A stretch of DNA of 64,000 nucleotides from a virus. Taxonomy: Duplodnaviria > Heunggongvirae > Uroviricota > Caudoviricetes. Under the pieces are notes generated by a model that ran no database searches, was not told the origin of the DNA, and worked only from the letters and a program-made list of their open reading frames with translations. This document shows, in pieces, positions 62,587 through 64,000 of the stretch. Both the position numbers and the translations under genes were made by a program. Every line of letters begins with the position of its first letter. Position 1 is the stretch's first letter. The stretch lies in the IMG/VR virus record IMGVR_UViG_3300032070_000730. One strand, written 5' to 3'.

Positions 62587-64000
62587 GTGCTTAAAAAAAG
62601 ATACAATCTAATTTTTGCATTGATATTTTCGATAATTTTGCTCACGGTCTCTTCCGCATCTGCACAGATTGTCTGGAAGAATGAGCCAAAAAAACTGATA
62701 GATACGGGATGGGGGTTGCAATATCAAAATGTTTATATATCTAATCATTATCCACCACTTGAAAATTTCATTCTCGGCGAGGATTATTGGTGGCTTGCCC
62801 AGACAAATGCGACGACTGATGGTTCAAGTATGTATTGTGGCTATCAATTCCCGACATTAAGAACTTATAAGGCAGATTATACATTATTGACGATGAATAG
62901 TTTTGCAAATCTTTGCCCGACTTGGGGTGGGACAAATCAATGGCATGGTTTGAAATTTTGTTCTATTAGACCAAATACGACCAATACAACTGATAAGATA
63001 TGGTTTGAATGTTCTGCTATAGATTCATATTATAATGCTTTTACATATATTTGGGAATGTTATACGCAGACAGATGTTGGATGGATTAATGGGACGACAA
63101 AAACGAGCATGGGGTGCAGTAACGGAACATCGTTCCAGACTCCACAGTTATATCCAGCCATCAATAATAAATGGTGGCATTACAATCAATCATCATATCA
63201 ATTGAGCAATTTCGGTTGGGCAAGTTCAAATGGGGCACAGTATGAACCATACGGTATTTTATTTTGGAATCAATCAAGAAGAGATTTTGTGTTGTGGGCT
63301 GGTGACACGACAAATAATTTGTTATCAAGAAAATATGCTAACACAACAGCAGACACGAATTTAATTTATGAAGCAGTTCCTTATCAAGATACAGGTAGCA
63401 CATCCAATTGGGATATTTTTGGTCATCAGACTGGCGGTGCTTGGAATTACATACTTTATATCGGAAATGTTACTGGTTATCCAAAATCACTCTGGGTGAA
63501 TAAATACACATTCGGATTCAGAAAGCAGGGTGTGTTTGGAACAGAAAGCAACATAAAAGACAGAGTTCAACTTTACAGCGTCACTACGAGTGATATTGAT
63601 ATGAGCGATGTAACATTGGCGAAGAAAAATGATGGTTTGACTGGTTGGATTTTAATGAAAGAAACAATGACTGGAACACATCCCATGTATGATACCAGAA
63701 ACCGTTTAAGACTTATATATACAGATGATGCTTGGCGTGCAATAGATTCTTATATCATTCATCCAGACCTTTATTATTCATATAATTTTTCTTATGGCTA
63801 TAATAATAAACTTAATTTTACACAAACAGGTCTTGTTATACCGACTTCAACTATCAGGATACATCCATTCGCTGTGGTAACTGGCAGTCCAAGCACACCA
63901 CAATATATGCCTTTCAATATTTCAATATCAAATGGGACAAGTTATACAGAATGGACTGTATCTGCACCGTGTGTTTATGGTTGCATAAGTGGTAATATAA
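62587..64000 (+). CDS. secreted glycoprotein-like protein, 5' GTG start, truncated at window end
   Basis: Open frame from GTG 62587 to the window end (>470 aa). Signal peptide LIFALIFSIILLTVSSASAQ, many N-x-S/T sequons, TTTATATA box ~30 bp upstream. Not in ORF track (no ATG). Confidence 0.45.
   Translation, partial: MLKKRYNLIFALIFSIILLTVSSASAQIVWKNEPKKLIDTGWGLQYQNVYISNHYPPLENFILGEDYWWLAQTNATTDGSSMYCGYQFPTLRTYKADYTLLTMNSFANLCPTWGGTNQWHGLKFCSIRPNTTNTTDKIWFECSAIDSYYNAFTYIWECYTQTDVGWINGTTKTSMGCSNGTSFQTPQLYPAINNKWWHYNQSSYQLSNFGWASSNGAQYEPYGILFWNQSRRDFVLWAGDTTNNLLSRKYANTTADTNLIYEAVPYQDTGSTSNWDIFGHQTGGAWNYILYIGNVTGYPKSLWVNKYTFGFRKQGVFGTESNIKDRVQLYSVTTSDIDMSDVTLAKKNDGLTGWILMKETMTGTHPMYDTRNRLRLIYTDDAWRAIDSYIIHPDLYYSYNFSYGYNNKLNFTQTGLVIPTSTIRIHPFAVVTGSPSTPQYMPFNISISNGTSYTEWTVSAPCVYGCISGNI

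Overview
AT-rich (~32-35% GC), gene-dense window with archaeal-type information-processing genes (Orc1/Cdc6-like AAA+, MCM with a LAGLIDADG intein, PCNA, histone-fold protein, Hjc resolvase, XPB-like helicase). I saw no rRNA, tRNA, ribosomal-protein genes or CRISPR array. The window is dense in selfish or mobile nuclease genes: an IS605-type TnpB, an IsrB/IscB-like RuvC nuclease with a PLMP domain and an upstream structured region, two free-standing LAGLIDADG endonucleases, an intein, and two paralogous Zn-finger/NUMOD3 + PD-(D/E)xK-like nucleases. There is also a surface-glycosylation island (GT-C, three GT2, two SAM methyltransferases, two B12-binding radical-SAM enzymes) next to a large secreted S-layer-like protein, a MoxR-vWA pair, an SPFH protein and many small Zn-ribbon/RHH/wHTH genes. 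I read it as part of a large archaeal virus, plasmid or integrated element, or of a small AT-rich archaeal genome. The most unusual feature is a ~4.9 kb co-directional array (20091-25026) of 22 translationally coupled small genes whose products all begin M-V-H-(K/R), including copies with TTG/GTG starts; the protein bodies are otherwise unrelated. I cannot assign this array to any described system. All calls rest on motif recognition by eye; no database searches were run.
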